Shown piece by piece: positions 56,738 through 64,000 of a DNA stretch of 64,000 bases; the stretch's first letter is position 1, and each line of letters begins with the position of its first letter. The notes below the pieces were generated by a model. The model saw only the letters and a program-made list of their open reading frames with translations, had not been told where the DNA came from and made no database searches. The position numbers and the translations under genes are program-made. This DNA is from an uncultured Coriobacteriaceae bacterium. GTDB lineage: Bacteria; Actinomycetota; Coriobacteriia; Coriobacteriales; QAMH01. The DNA lies in assembly GCA_964435565.1 (NCBI GenBank), contig CAYSZR010000001.1:3288-67287 (forward strand), written 5' to 3'.

Positions 56738-57648
56738 TCTGCCACCAGTTTCTTTCCGAGTTTTCTTCCAAGGACGCGCGCTGTAAGGTTAAATATCAAA
56801 ACGCATATCATCAGAACTGCAGCTGAGCCATTTGAGACAGCGTCAAGATCGGGTACAACACCTTCAGAATTTATCTTCCATATATGTACGGCAAGGGTTT
56901 CGGCAGGTCGCCAGATATTAAGTGGGCAGCTTGGATTTGTTAGATCGAGGCAGGTGAAGTCGAGCAAGGGCGCTGACTGGCCTGCCGTATATATGAGCGC
57001 CGCCGCTTCGCCGAAGACTCTTCCTGCGGACAGGATGACGCCCGTGACTATGGCAGGCATAGCGCAGGGCAGCAGAATGTGGACGGTCGTTTCCCAGCGG
57101 GTGAGTCCGAGCGCGAGTGCCGCGTCGCGTTGCGTTTGCGGAACGGATTCAAGCGCCTGTTGTATCACGCGCACGAGAAGAGGGATATTGAATATAGTGA
57201 GCGTGAGCGATCCCGAAAGTATCGAGAACCCCCACCCGAAATAGATTACGAAGAGAAGGAATCCGAAAAGCCCAACGACGATGGATGGAAGAGAGCTCAG
57301 GACCTCGATAATGGTCTTTATTGCATGCGTCAGGGTGTTTTCTGGCGCGTATTCTGTCAGAAAGATTGCGGCTCCAAGTGACAGAGGCAGTGAAATGACA
57401 AGTGTGAGTACGAGCATGTAAAAGGAATTGAAGAGCTCGGGGCCGATGCCGCCGCCTTCCTTGAACTGTTCGGGCTTTCCTGTTAAAAACGCTGGATCGA
57501 AGGCTTTAGCGGCACCGCTTATGATGATATAGGCGATGATGGAGACCAATAATATAAAGATAACCACGACGGCTGCCGTCAGTGCAGCTGTTGCTAGATG
57601 GTCACGTCGACGCGCAACAATAACCTGTTCAGCGATATTCTTAGACAT
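56734..57648 (-). CDS. pstA: Phosphate ABC transporter permease PstA
   Basis: Six TM helices and the EAA-type loop ALGLTRWETTVHILLP. ATG start after GGAGG. Confidence 0.9.
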   Translation of the reverse strand: MSKNIAEQVIVARRRDHLATAALTAAVVVIFILLVSIIAYIIISGAAKAFDPAFLTGKPEQFKEGGGIGPELFNSFYMLVLTLVISLPLSLGAAIFLTEYAPENTLTHAIKTIIEVLSSLPSIVVGLFGFLLFVIYFGWGFSILSGSLTLTIFNIPLLVRVIQQALESVPQTQRDAALALGLTRWETTVHILLPCAMPAIVTGVILSAGRVFGEAAALIYTAGQSAPLLDFTCLDLTNPSCPLNIWRPAETLAVHIWKINSEGVVPDLDAVSNGSAAVLMICVLIFNLTARVLGRKLGKKLVAE

Positions 57649-58496
57649 GCTTCACCTCCGTGTTGGTTTTCATCGGCGCCCAGCACTTTCACCGCTTCGT
57701 TACCCATGCTCATGGTGAGGATTGAGGTGAGTGTCGAGGCTGCCTGAGTGAGTGAAGAGGGAATGATTGGCGCGTTGCCGATGACCATCTGCACTGCAAG
57801 GGCTTCGCCGAATGCACGAGCCATGCCCAAGATGATTCCCGTGAGGATGCCTGGGGTTGCGGCCCTGAGAACGATATGCCATATGTTTTGCCAGCGCGTG
57901 CCTCCGAGCGCAGCCGATGACATGCGATAGGAGGCGGGGATAGCTTCAAGTGCATCGATGATGAGTGATGTGACTGTGGGCAAAATCATTATTGCGAGGA
58001 CGAGGGATCCCGCGAGTATGCCGTACCCGGTCGAATCAGACCACGATCTGATCCAAGGAACGAGTAGAGTGAGTCCCGCTAAGCCAAAGACAACTGAAGG
58101 GATGCCTACAAGAAGTTCGAGAGTCGGGCGAAAGAAACGTTTTCCGAATTTCGGATTGATTTCTACAGTAAAAATAGCAGAGCTGATGGCAAGTGGTACC
58201 ACGAATAGGCATGACAGAATCGTGATGGAAAACGAACCGAAGATCATCGGCAATGACCCCATGGCGGGAGCGCCGTTAGCATCCGTCATATGGGGATTCC
58301 AGGTATCGCTTGTGAGAAACGCAACTGGATCGATGCCGTCAACCATGAAGGTTGCGAGGCCCCTTTGCGCGACCATCATCACGAGGGCGATGACGATGGT
58401 AATGACAATCGCCACGCAAGCCCCCGTGATGCCTTTGCCGATGTGTTCAAGCTTGCTCTTTGCAAGATGATTGGCGCTAGATTCATTCATGGTCAT
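57594..58496 (-). CDS. pstC: Phosphate ABC transporter permease PstC (apparently lacking the last TM helix)
   Basis: ELLVGIPSVVFGL, ALGGTRWQNIWHIVL, MARAFGEALAVQMVIGN. After MSMGNEA the sequence is hydrophilic, and the ORF runs 55 nt into pstA. Confidence 0.8.
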   Translation of the reverse strand: MTMNESSANHLAKSKLEHIGKGITGACVAIVITIVIALVMMVAQRGLATFMVDGIDPVAFLTSDTWNPHMTDANGAPAMGSLPMIFGSFSITILSCLFVVPLAISSAIFTVEINPKFGKRFFRPTLELLVGIPSVVFGLAGLTLLVPWIRSWSDSTGYGILAGSLVLAIMILPTVTSLIIDALEAIPASYRMSSAALGGTRWQNIWHIVLRAATPGILTGIILGMARAFGEALAVQMVIGNAPIIPSSLTQAASTLTSILTMSMGNEAVKVLGADENQHGGEACLRISLNRLLLRVDVTI

Positions 58497-58499
58497 GTT

Positions 58500-59435
58500 T
58501 TATAGATTCTTGATCGCGCCGCTTGCGTCCTTCTCGACCTTCATCGACTTGATGGCGATGTAGCCGTTTTTGGAAACAAGGGAACCCTGTACGTCATCAC
58601 TCATCATGTAGTCGATGAAAGACTGGGTTGCTGTATCGGGGCTTGCCGAGGTGTACATATGCTCGTAGGACCAGATCTTCCAGCTGTTGGTTTCAACGTT
58701 TTCTGCCGAAGGTTTTATATTATCGACGGAAAGCGTCTTGAACTTTGAGTTGTCGAAGTACGAAAACGCAAGGTAGGATATAGAGCCAGGGGTTTCTGCC
58801 ACCATCTTGGCGACGGTTCCCGAAGAATCCTGTTCCTGCGGTTTGAAAGTCGACGGTGCCTGTTCGCCGCCAAGTACTGCGCTTTCGAATGTCGCTCGAG
58901 TGCCTGAACCAGCTGCTCGATTGATGACGGTTATTGGTTCATCGGCGCCGCCGATTTCCTTCCAGTTCGTGATCTTACCGGTGAATATGCCTTTTAGGTT
59001 TTCCATCGAGATGTTGTCGATGGCTACACTGCTGTTTACGACAGGACCCATGCCAACGACAGCGACGCGGTTATCTTTTATCTTTGACAGTGCAGATGTG
59101 TCTTTGAGTTTTGTTTCTGCAAAAACATCTGAGTTGCCGATTTGGACTGAACCGGCTGCTATCTGCGTGATGCCTTGGCCTGATCCGCCACCTTGGACGG
59201 TGATTTGCACGTTCTTGTTCTGTTGTCCATATTGCTCGCCTGCAGCTTCGACTAAGGGCTGAAGTGCGGTAGAACCAACTATCGTGACAGATCCGCTTAT
59301 ATCTTTTTTCGCGCTCGATGACGCGCTCGAACCGCCGCATCCTGAAAGCCCGAGTGCGACTAGCATGCCAGTTGCTACGGCACCGATAACGAGCACTCTA
59401 AGTAATTGTTTCACAGTCTTTCTTTCCAAGTTCAT
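58500..59435 (-). CDS. pstS: Phosphate-binding lipoprotein PstS
   Basis: Lipobox LGLSGCGG. GSTALQPL, GGGSGQG and NRAAGSGTR motifs of the PstS/PBP fold. Confidence 0.9.
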   Translation of the reverse strand: MNLERKTVKQLLRVLVIGAVATGMLVALGLSGCGGSSASSSAKKDISGSVTIVGSTALQPLVEAAGEQYGQQNKNVQITVQGGGSGQGITQIAAGSVQIGNSDVFAETKLKDTSALSKIKDNRVAVVGMGPVVNSSVAIDNISMENLKGIFTGKITNWKEIGGADEPITVINRAAGSGTRATFESAVLGGEQAPSTFKPQEQDSSGTVAKMVAETPGSISYLAFSYFDNSKFKTLSVDNIKPSAENVETNSWKIWSYEHMYTSASPDTATQSFIDYMMSDDVQGSLVSKNGYIAIKSMKVEKDASGAIKNL

Positions 59436-59494
59436 TTTTTCTCCCTGAATTAGTTCCCTATTTTTTATATACAGGCCATACCGAATATGCTGGT

Positions 59495-60268
59495 CTAGCC
59501 GAATCTCCCTGTGATGTAGTCCTCGGTGCGCTTGTCTTTTGGATTTGAGAAGAGCTCCTCGGTTTGTCCGTGTTCGATTAGGGTGGCGGGAGCCTCCATG
59601 GACTCACGGAGCATGAATATCGTTTCGTCAGAAATACGCGTAGCCTGCTGCATGTTGTGTGTGACGACAACGATGGTCATGTGCTTCTTGAGTTGGCTCA
59701 CGGTCTCTTCGATTTGATTGGTTGAGATAGGGTCAAGGGCGGAGCAGGGCTCGTCCATAAGCAACACTTCGGGATTGGTTGCAAGAGCGCGGGCAATACA
59801 GAGCCTTTGCTGTTGGCCGCCAGAAAGTCCGCATGCTGGCTTTTTCAGATCATCTTTAACTTCACTCCAAAGGGCAGCGCGACCTAAGCATCGGGCAACG
59901 AGCGCGTCAAGTTCGCTTCCGCGCAGATTGCCGCGAAGTCGTGGTCCATAGGCAACGTTATCATAAATGGATAAGGGGAAAACGGCCGGTTGTTGAAAAA
60001 CCATGCCTACGCGCATGCGCAGTTCGATTGGATCGGTCTCCCCGTTGTAGATGGACTCATCGTCAAGCTTGATATCCCCGCCTACCGTAACGCCCTCAAT
60101 CATGTCGTTCATTCGGTTGAGGCAGCGTAGAAGTGTGGACTTTCCACATCCCGAAGGCCCGATGAGTGATGTCACCTTATGGGGGGCGATATTTACGCGC
60201 ACGCCAGCAACGGCCGTTTCGCCCGAATAGGCAACCGATACATCCTCTAAGTGAAAACTTCCCTGCAC
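59495..60268 (-). CDS. pstB: Second PstB-type phosphate ABC ATP-binding protein
   Basis: GPSGCGKSTLLRCLN, LSGGQQQRLCIAR, LMDEPCSALDP, and EDYITGRFG at the C-terminus. It is clearly diverged from the 55970-56737 copy. GTG start after AAGGAGA. Confidence 0.9.
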   Translation of the reverse strand: MQGSFHLEDVSVAYSGETAVAGVRVNIAPHKVTSLIGPSGCGKSTLLRCLNRMNDMIEGVTVGGDIKLDDESIYNGETDPIELRMRVGMVFQQPAVFPLSIYDNVAYGPRLRGNLRGSELDALVARCLGRAALWSEVKDDLKKPACGLSGGQQQRLCIARALATNPEVLLMDEPCSALDPISTNQIEETVSQLKKHMTIVVVTHNMQQATRISDETIFMLRESMEAPATLIEHGQTEELFSNPKDKRTEDYITGRFG

Positions 60269-60329
60269 GTGCTCTCCTTATTCGATCTGTCATTTGAGGC
60301 AAATCGTAGGAGTGCGAGGAGGACGAGTG

Positions 60330-60385
60330 GTTACATCGATGAAAACTCATGTGTCATCAATGTGAAAAGAAAATACCCGATAGAG
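60330..60385. promoter_or_regulatory. Pho-box-like array (hexamers in 11-bp phase) in the pstB2/pit divergent region
   Basis: The minus strand reads TTCACA-n5-GACACA-n5-TTTCAT-n5-TAACCA. The plus strand contains TGTCATCAATGTGAAAA, which resembles TGTTAACTAATTGTGAAA upstream of the phoB-like gene. Confidence 0.3.
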
Positions 60386-60533
60386 AGGGTTTGCAAAAAG
60401 TTTACATATGCGCTGACGATGTTACGCGGAGTTCACCACTGGCGCATCGCAACACAATATCGTAGATGCGGGAACCCGCTCTCCTGGTGTGCGGGTTTCC
60501 GCCCCGAAACCAGGGATGCCAGGGTAGTCGGAG

Positions 60534-61592
60534 ATGTGGATACAGATGATCAGCTTCAGCATGTTTTTGGGAGCGCTGCTCACCAACCCCGTTCTGTTTA
60601 TTATTACGCTGCTTGTCGTAGGGACCATCTTCGTCAATGGGGCCACAGACGCTTCAAACGCTATCGCGACTGCCATAGGGACGCGATCCATCAATGCGAA
60701 TCTTGCTATCGCGATGGGGGCGGTATGCAATTTCGTCGGTCTTATAGTCATGACCTATCTTTCAACAGCCGTAGCAGATACGATTTCGAAGATGGTGAAC
60801 TTCAATGGCGACAGTCATATGGCTTTGCTCGCTTTGGCTGCAGCTATGGTCTCCATCATTGTATGGGGTGTGGTCGCCTGGGCGTTTGGCATCCCGACGA
60901 GTCAAAGCCATTCTCTTATCGCTGGGCTTACCGGGGCCGCCATCGCCGTCCAAGGCGGTCTTGGCGGTATCAACTTCTCCGAGTGGGTCAAGGTCATCTA
61001 CGGTCTTGCGCTTTCGACGTTTCTCGGCTTTGGCCTTGGATGGGGAATCTCCAAGTTTATTCCGTATCTGTTTGGGAGGGTGAAACGCTCGACAGCGCAA
61101 AAGGTGTTCGGTCCAGCCAATGTTGTGGCGGCCGTGTTCTTGGCATTTATGCATGGCGCGCAAGATGGACAGAAGTTCCTTTCCATAGCCATGCTTGGCG
61201 TTGCGCTTGCCTTAGGGATGGATGGTGCGTACGGCGATTATCCGCTCTGGATCATGGCGCTTTGCGCGGTTGCAATGGCGGTGGGGTCTGCTGCCGGCGG
61301 AAAACGCATTATCAAGTCAGTTGCCATGGACATGGTCAAGCTTGAGAAGTATCAGGGCTTTTCGGCATCGCTTGCTGCAGGGGTATGTTTGCTGCTCGCT
61401 ACTCTTACGGGCATTCCGGTGTCGACGACCCATACGAAAACGACTGCCATCATGGGGGTGGGGGCAGCCAAGCACCTGCGTGCCGTGAAATGGAACCTTG
61501 CCGGCAACATGGTGCTCACCTGGGTATTTACCTTTCCGTGCTGTGGGGCGATTGGCTATCTTCTTGCCGTTCTCTTCATGGCGTTTCTCTGA
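60534..61592 (+). CDS. pit: Inorganic phosphate transporter, PiT family
   Basis: FVNGATDASNAIATAIGTR and FMHGAQDGQK signatures of PHO4/PiT, with about 10 TM helices. The overlapping 364-aa ORF (60251-61345) is spurious. Confidence 0.88.
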   Translation: MWIQMISFSMFLGALLTNPVLFIITLLVVGTIFVNGATDASNAIATAIGTRSINANLAIAMGAVCNFVGLIVMTYLSTAVADTISKMVNFNGDSHMALLALAAAMVSIIVWGVVAWAFGIPTSQSHSLIAGLTGAAIAVQGGLGGINFSEWVKVIYGLALSTFLGFGLGWGISKFIPYLFGRVKRSTAQKVFGPANVVAAVFLAFMHGAQDGQKFLSIAMLGVALALGMDGAYGDYPLWIMALCAVAMAVGSAAGGKRIIKSVAMDMVKLEKYQGFSASLAAGVCLLLATLTGIPVSTTHTKTTAIMGVGAAKHLRAVKWNLAGNMVLTWVFTFPCCGAIGYLLAVLFMAFL

Positions 61593-61615
61593 TACGCGAA
61601 AATATGACCGAGGTT

Positions 61616-61646
61616 TGTTAACTAATTGTGAAATAGGACATATAGA
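61616..61646 (+). promoter_or_regulatory. Candidate autoregulated promoter/operator of the phoB-like operon
   Basis: TGTTAACTAATTGTGAAA (61616-61633) covers a TTAACT -35-like hexamer. TATAGA follows at 61641-61646 with 17-nt spacing. Confidence 0.3.
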
Positions 61647-61688
61647 TGCAAAATCGGTGCATGATGGAAAAATCAGGAGGGATGGACC

Positions 61689-62384
61689 ATGCCCAGCATC
61701 TTGTTGGTTGAAGATGATCAGACCATTCGGTTGACCGTAGAATTTGCGCTCACCAAAGCAGGCTATGCCGTCACCGCAGTAGAAGATGGCGTCAAGGCGC
61801 TTCAGGCTGCGCGCCAGATATCTCCCGATCTGATTGTCCTTGACTTGATGCTGCCGGGAAAATCTGGTCTCGAAGTGGCGCGTGATCTGCGTGACCAAGG
61901 GGATGACGTTCCTATTATCATGGTGACCGCCCTCGATCGCGAACAGGACAAGATCGCAGGTCTCGATGCAGGCGCAGACGATTACGTCACCAAGCCGTTT
62001 TCAACTGAAGAGCTGCTTGCTCGGATACGTGCGAATATACGGCGTGCGGGAGGATCGGGATCGCATATTGGCAGTGTTGAGGCTGGCGAGCTCACTATTG
62101 ATATCAACGCAATGCGCGTGTTGATTAATGGAGAGCCGGTTGATTTGCGCAGCAAGGAATATGCCCTGCTTGCCGCTATGGCAATGCGTCCTGGCGCGTT
62201 ATGCACGCGGCAATGGCTTGCACATGAAGTATGGGGCGAAGAGTTTCTTTCAACCTCGCGGACTATTGATACTCATGTGCGCCGTATCCGCAAGGCGATA
62301 GATCAAGATGGATGGACCTATATACAGACGGCACATGGCATGGGTTATCGTTTTGAGGCACAAAGGTCGGGAGACGAGCAATGA
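61689..62384 (+). CDS. phoB: OmpR/PhoB-family response regulator
   Basis: Receiver domain (ILLVEDD..DLIVLDLMLPG..TA..K) plus a winged-helix domain (LT.KEYALL...RTIDTHV.R.R.K). The symbol is by context, next to pst/pit and a PhoR-like kinase. Confidence 0.85.
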   Translation: MPSILLVEDDQTIRLTVEFALTKAGYAVTAVEDGVKALQAARQISPDLIVLDLMLPGKSGLEVARDLRDQGDDVPIIMVTALDREQDKIAGLDAGADDYVTKPFSTEELLARIRANIRRAGGSGSHIGSVEAGELTIDINAMRVLINGEPVDLRSKEYALLAAMAMRPGALCTRQWLAHEVWGEEFLSTSRTIDTHVRRIRKAIDQDGWTYIQTAHGMGYRFEAQRSGDEQ

Positions 62385-63673
62385 GGCCTAGAAAGGCGGG
62401 CAACTGGCGCGCATGGCTCATTGGTGGTTATGTCATCATCGTCGTCCTGCTTGCGGCATTATGGGGATGGTCGCTCTTTTCCCCTATAGACGAAGCCGAA
62501 AAGGACCAGCAATTCGAAAACCTCACCGCGTTGGCGCATGTCGATTCAGTCGCACTTAAGAATATGGAATGCGATGCAAAAAGCGCGGTGGCCGAACTTG
62601 CCACTGGAGACGATATGCGCGTTACGCTTATCGGCATGGATGGCATCGTGTTGGCGGATAGTATCACCGAATCCTCGAGCATGGAAAACCACTCCGAACG
62701 CCCAGAGGTCCAAGCGGCGCTTGTCGGACAGATCGGGTATGACCAGCGCCATTCAAGTACGGAAGGCGTTGACTATCTCTATGTCGCCATGCCTGCTAGT
62801 TTTGGCGGGAATGCCGTGGTCTTGCGTGTTTCGATGCCGCTTTCAGAGGTGCATACCCTGGCCAAGGATTTTCGTAATACGGGGCTTGTGCTGCTTGCCG
62901 CCGCTGTTCTGCTCTCGCTGCTTATAGCATGGCGTGTTTTCTCGAAGGCATCCGAACCGGTGAATCAACTTGAGACAGTACGTACCGATTTCGTCGCAAA
63001 CGCAAGCCATGAACTCAAGACGCCTGTGGCGGGCATTAAGTTGCTCTCCGAATCAATCAGTCAGGCACACCGTGATGGGGATGGAGAGGCCGTTAAGCTT
63101 TTTTCTGATAGGCTCGGCAAGGAATCGGCGCGCCTTGAACATCTGGTTTACAGCCTTCTTGATCTTTCGAGGCTTGAAGACGAGCATCGCAAGGGACTGA
63201 CAGATGAAACATGCGATATGCGTTCGGCTGTTGCCACATCGTTCGAGGGATATGTATCCAAGGCGGGCGAGAAGGGACTCTTCTACGAGCTGCATGATGA
63301 TATGCCCGCGGATGCCGAATGCCGCGTGAACTTGTCGCCTGCTGATGCTTCGCTTATCGTCGACAATCTTATCGAAAACGCTATCAGCTATACCGAAAGC
63401 GGGGGTGTGACTGTGGCGTTGCGCATGAAGGGCAGAGAGGCGCTTCTCTCGGTTGCGGACACTGGTATCGGTATAGCTCAAGGCGAACAAGAACGTATTT
63501 TCGAGCGCTTTTATCGTATCGATAAAGCTCGATCGCGTGACATGGGCGGCACGGGGCTGGGGCTTTCGCTCGTCCGACACGCTGTCGATAGGGGATGGGG
63601 CACGATCAGGATCGAAAGTGGTCTTGGTGAGGGAACAACCTTTACAGTCTTATTGCCGCTCGCGGGAGATTAG
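62381..63673 (+). CDS. phoR: PhoR-like sensor histidine kinase
   Basis: Two TM helices flank a roughly 130-aa external domain. H-box FVANASHELKTPV; N, G1 and G2 boxes (DNLIENAISYT, DTGIGI, GGTGLGLS). There is a 4-nt overlap with the regulator gene. Confidence 0.83.
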   Translation: MRPRKAGNWRAWLIGGYVIIVVLLAALWGWSLFSPIDEAEKDQQFENLTALAHVDSVALKNMECDAKSAVAELATGDDMRVTLIGMDGIVLADSITESSSMENHSERPEVQAALVGQIGYDQRHSSTEGVDYLYVAMPASFGGNAVVLRVSMPLSEVHTLAKDFRNTGLVLLAAAVLLSLLIAWRVFSKASEPVNQLETVRTDFVANASHELKTPVAGIKLLSESISQAHRDGDGEAVKLFSDRLGKESARLEHLVYSLLDLSRLEDEHRKGLTDETCDMRSAVATSFEGYVSKAGEKGLFYELHDDMPADAECRVNLSPADASLIVDNLIENAISYTESGGVTVALRMKGREALLSVADTGIGIAQGEQERIFERFYRIDKARSRDMGGTGLGLSLVRHAVDRGWGTIRIESGLGEGTTFTVLLPLAGD

Positions 63674-63780
63674 TGAGGCGAAGGATCGGGAAACTCCGGG
63701 TGCCCATATACGCGCAGCCAGGTCTATAATGTCTACTTAAACAGTCGGCATTAAATTACGAAGACCGGAGGCATACGATA

Positions 63781-64000
63781 TGCAGGTGTCCACGAAAGGG
63801 CGTTATGCCCTGCGCTTCCTGCTCGACCTTGCCCGACATGCGAGTGACGGTGACATTCCGCTTAAGGATGTCGCGGCACGACAGGATATTTCGAAGAAGT
63901 ATCTGGAACGCATCGCTGCATTGCTTGCGCCGTCTGGCATGATGCGCGTGACGAGGGGCGCATATGGGGGATACCGGCTCGCAAAGGATCCTACTGACAT
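63781..64000 (+). CDS. Rrf2-family transcriptional regulator (3' end outside window)
   Basis: My own translation from ATG 63781 gives MQVSTKGRYALRFLLDLARHASDGDIPLKDVAARQDISKKYLERIAALL..., the typical Rrf2 wHTH N-terminus. It is absent from the ORF track because there is no stop in the window. Confidence 0.8.

Noticed and set aside
55970-60268. The two pstB copies as an assembly duplication artefact.
   Set aside because: The two proteins share only family motifs and differ at most other positions. Their flanks are unrelated, so they are genuine paralogues.
60251-61345. 364-aa plus-strand ORF overlapping the pit gene.
   Set aside because: It is Arg/Cys/Trp-rich with no motifs. It lies out of frame over a gene with clear PiT signatures, so it is a typical GC-driven shadow ORF.

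Overview
The window looks like a mostly core chromosomal segment of an anaerobic Actinomycetota genome, probably of the Coriobacteriia/Eggerthellales type. That placement is an inference from two things: the fhaA-fhaB-pstP-rodA/pbpA-pknB cluster and an NRMT-type NRAMP homologue. About 60 protein genes can be supported. They include the 3' end of pntB, leuA, dnaB, purA-purD-nudix-purE, an FprA-type flavodiiron protein, rnr, a LytS/LytTR pair, purF-purM-purN, rpsF-ssb-rpsR-DUF2232-rplI, iorAB and thrC. They also include the FHA/PP2C/SEDS-PBP/PknB cell-envelope signalling cluster and a roughly 9-kb phosphate block (pstB2-pstSCAB-phoU-ppx, pit, phoB/phoR-like). There are three tRNAs: Arg-ACG, Ser-GCU and Leu-CAG. 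I saw no transposase, integrase, CRISPR array or recognisable defence genes. The observations most worth follow-up are listed below.

1. A three-gene operon encodes a PRC-barrel/MgtE-N/CBS sensor-like protein that lacks the MgtE pore. It is tightly coupled to an NRAMP-related Mg2+ transporter (DAGG / T-x-x-A site) and a small 8-Cys protein.
2. One ORF is a natural fusion of a SEDS (RodA/FtsW) polymerase to a class-B PBP. pknA is absent from its usual slot, and a kinase with a polytopic membrane domain heads the operon.
3. A candidate antisense-oriented small RNA has C-rich hairpin loops (6C-like) and an intrinsic terminator.
4. A tRNA-Leu-adjacent islet carries a LytTR/GHKL module. It has an exact 10-bp direct repeat at 21-bp spacing upstream of a lipoprotein gene, and two genes interrupted by single-base indels in G-runs.
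5. The pst locus has oddities: a second pstB upstream of pstS, a pstC lacking its last TM helix, and shared Pho-box-like operators.

All functional calls rest on motif recognition by eye. No database search was run.
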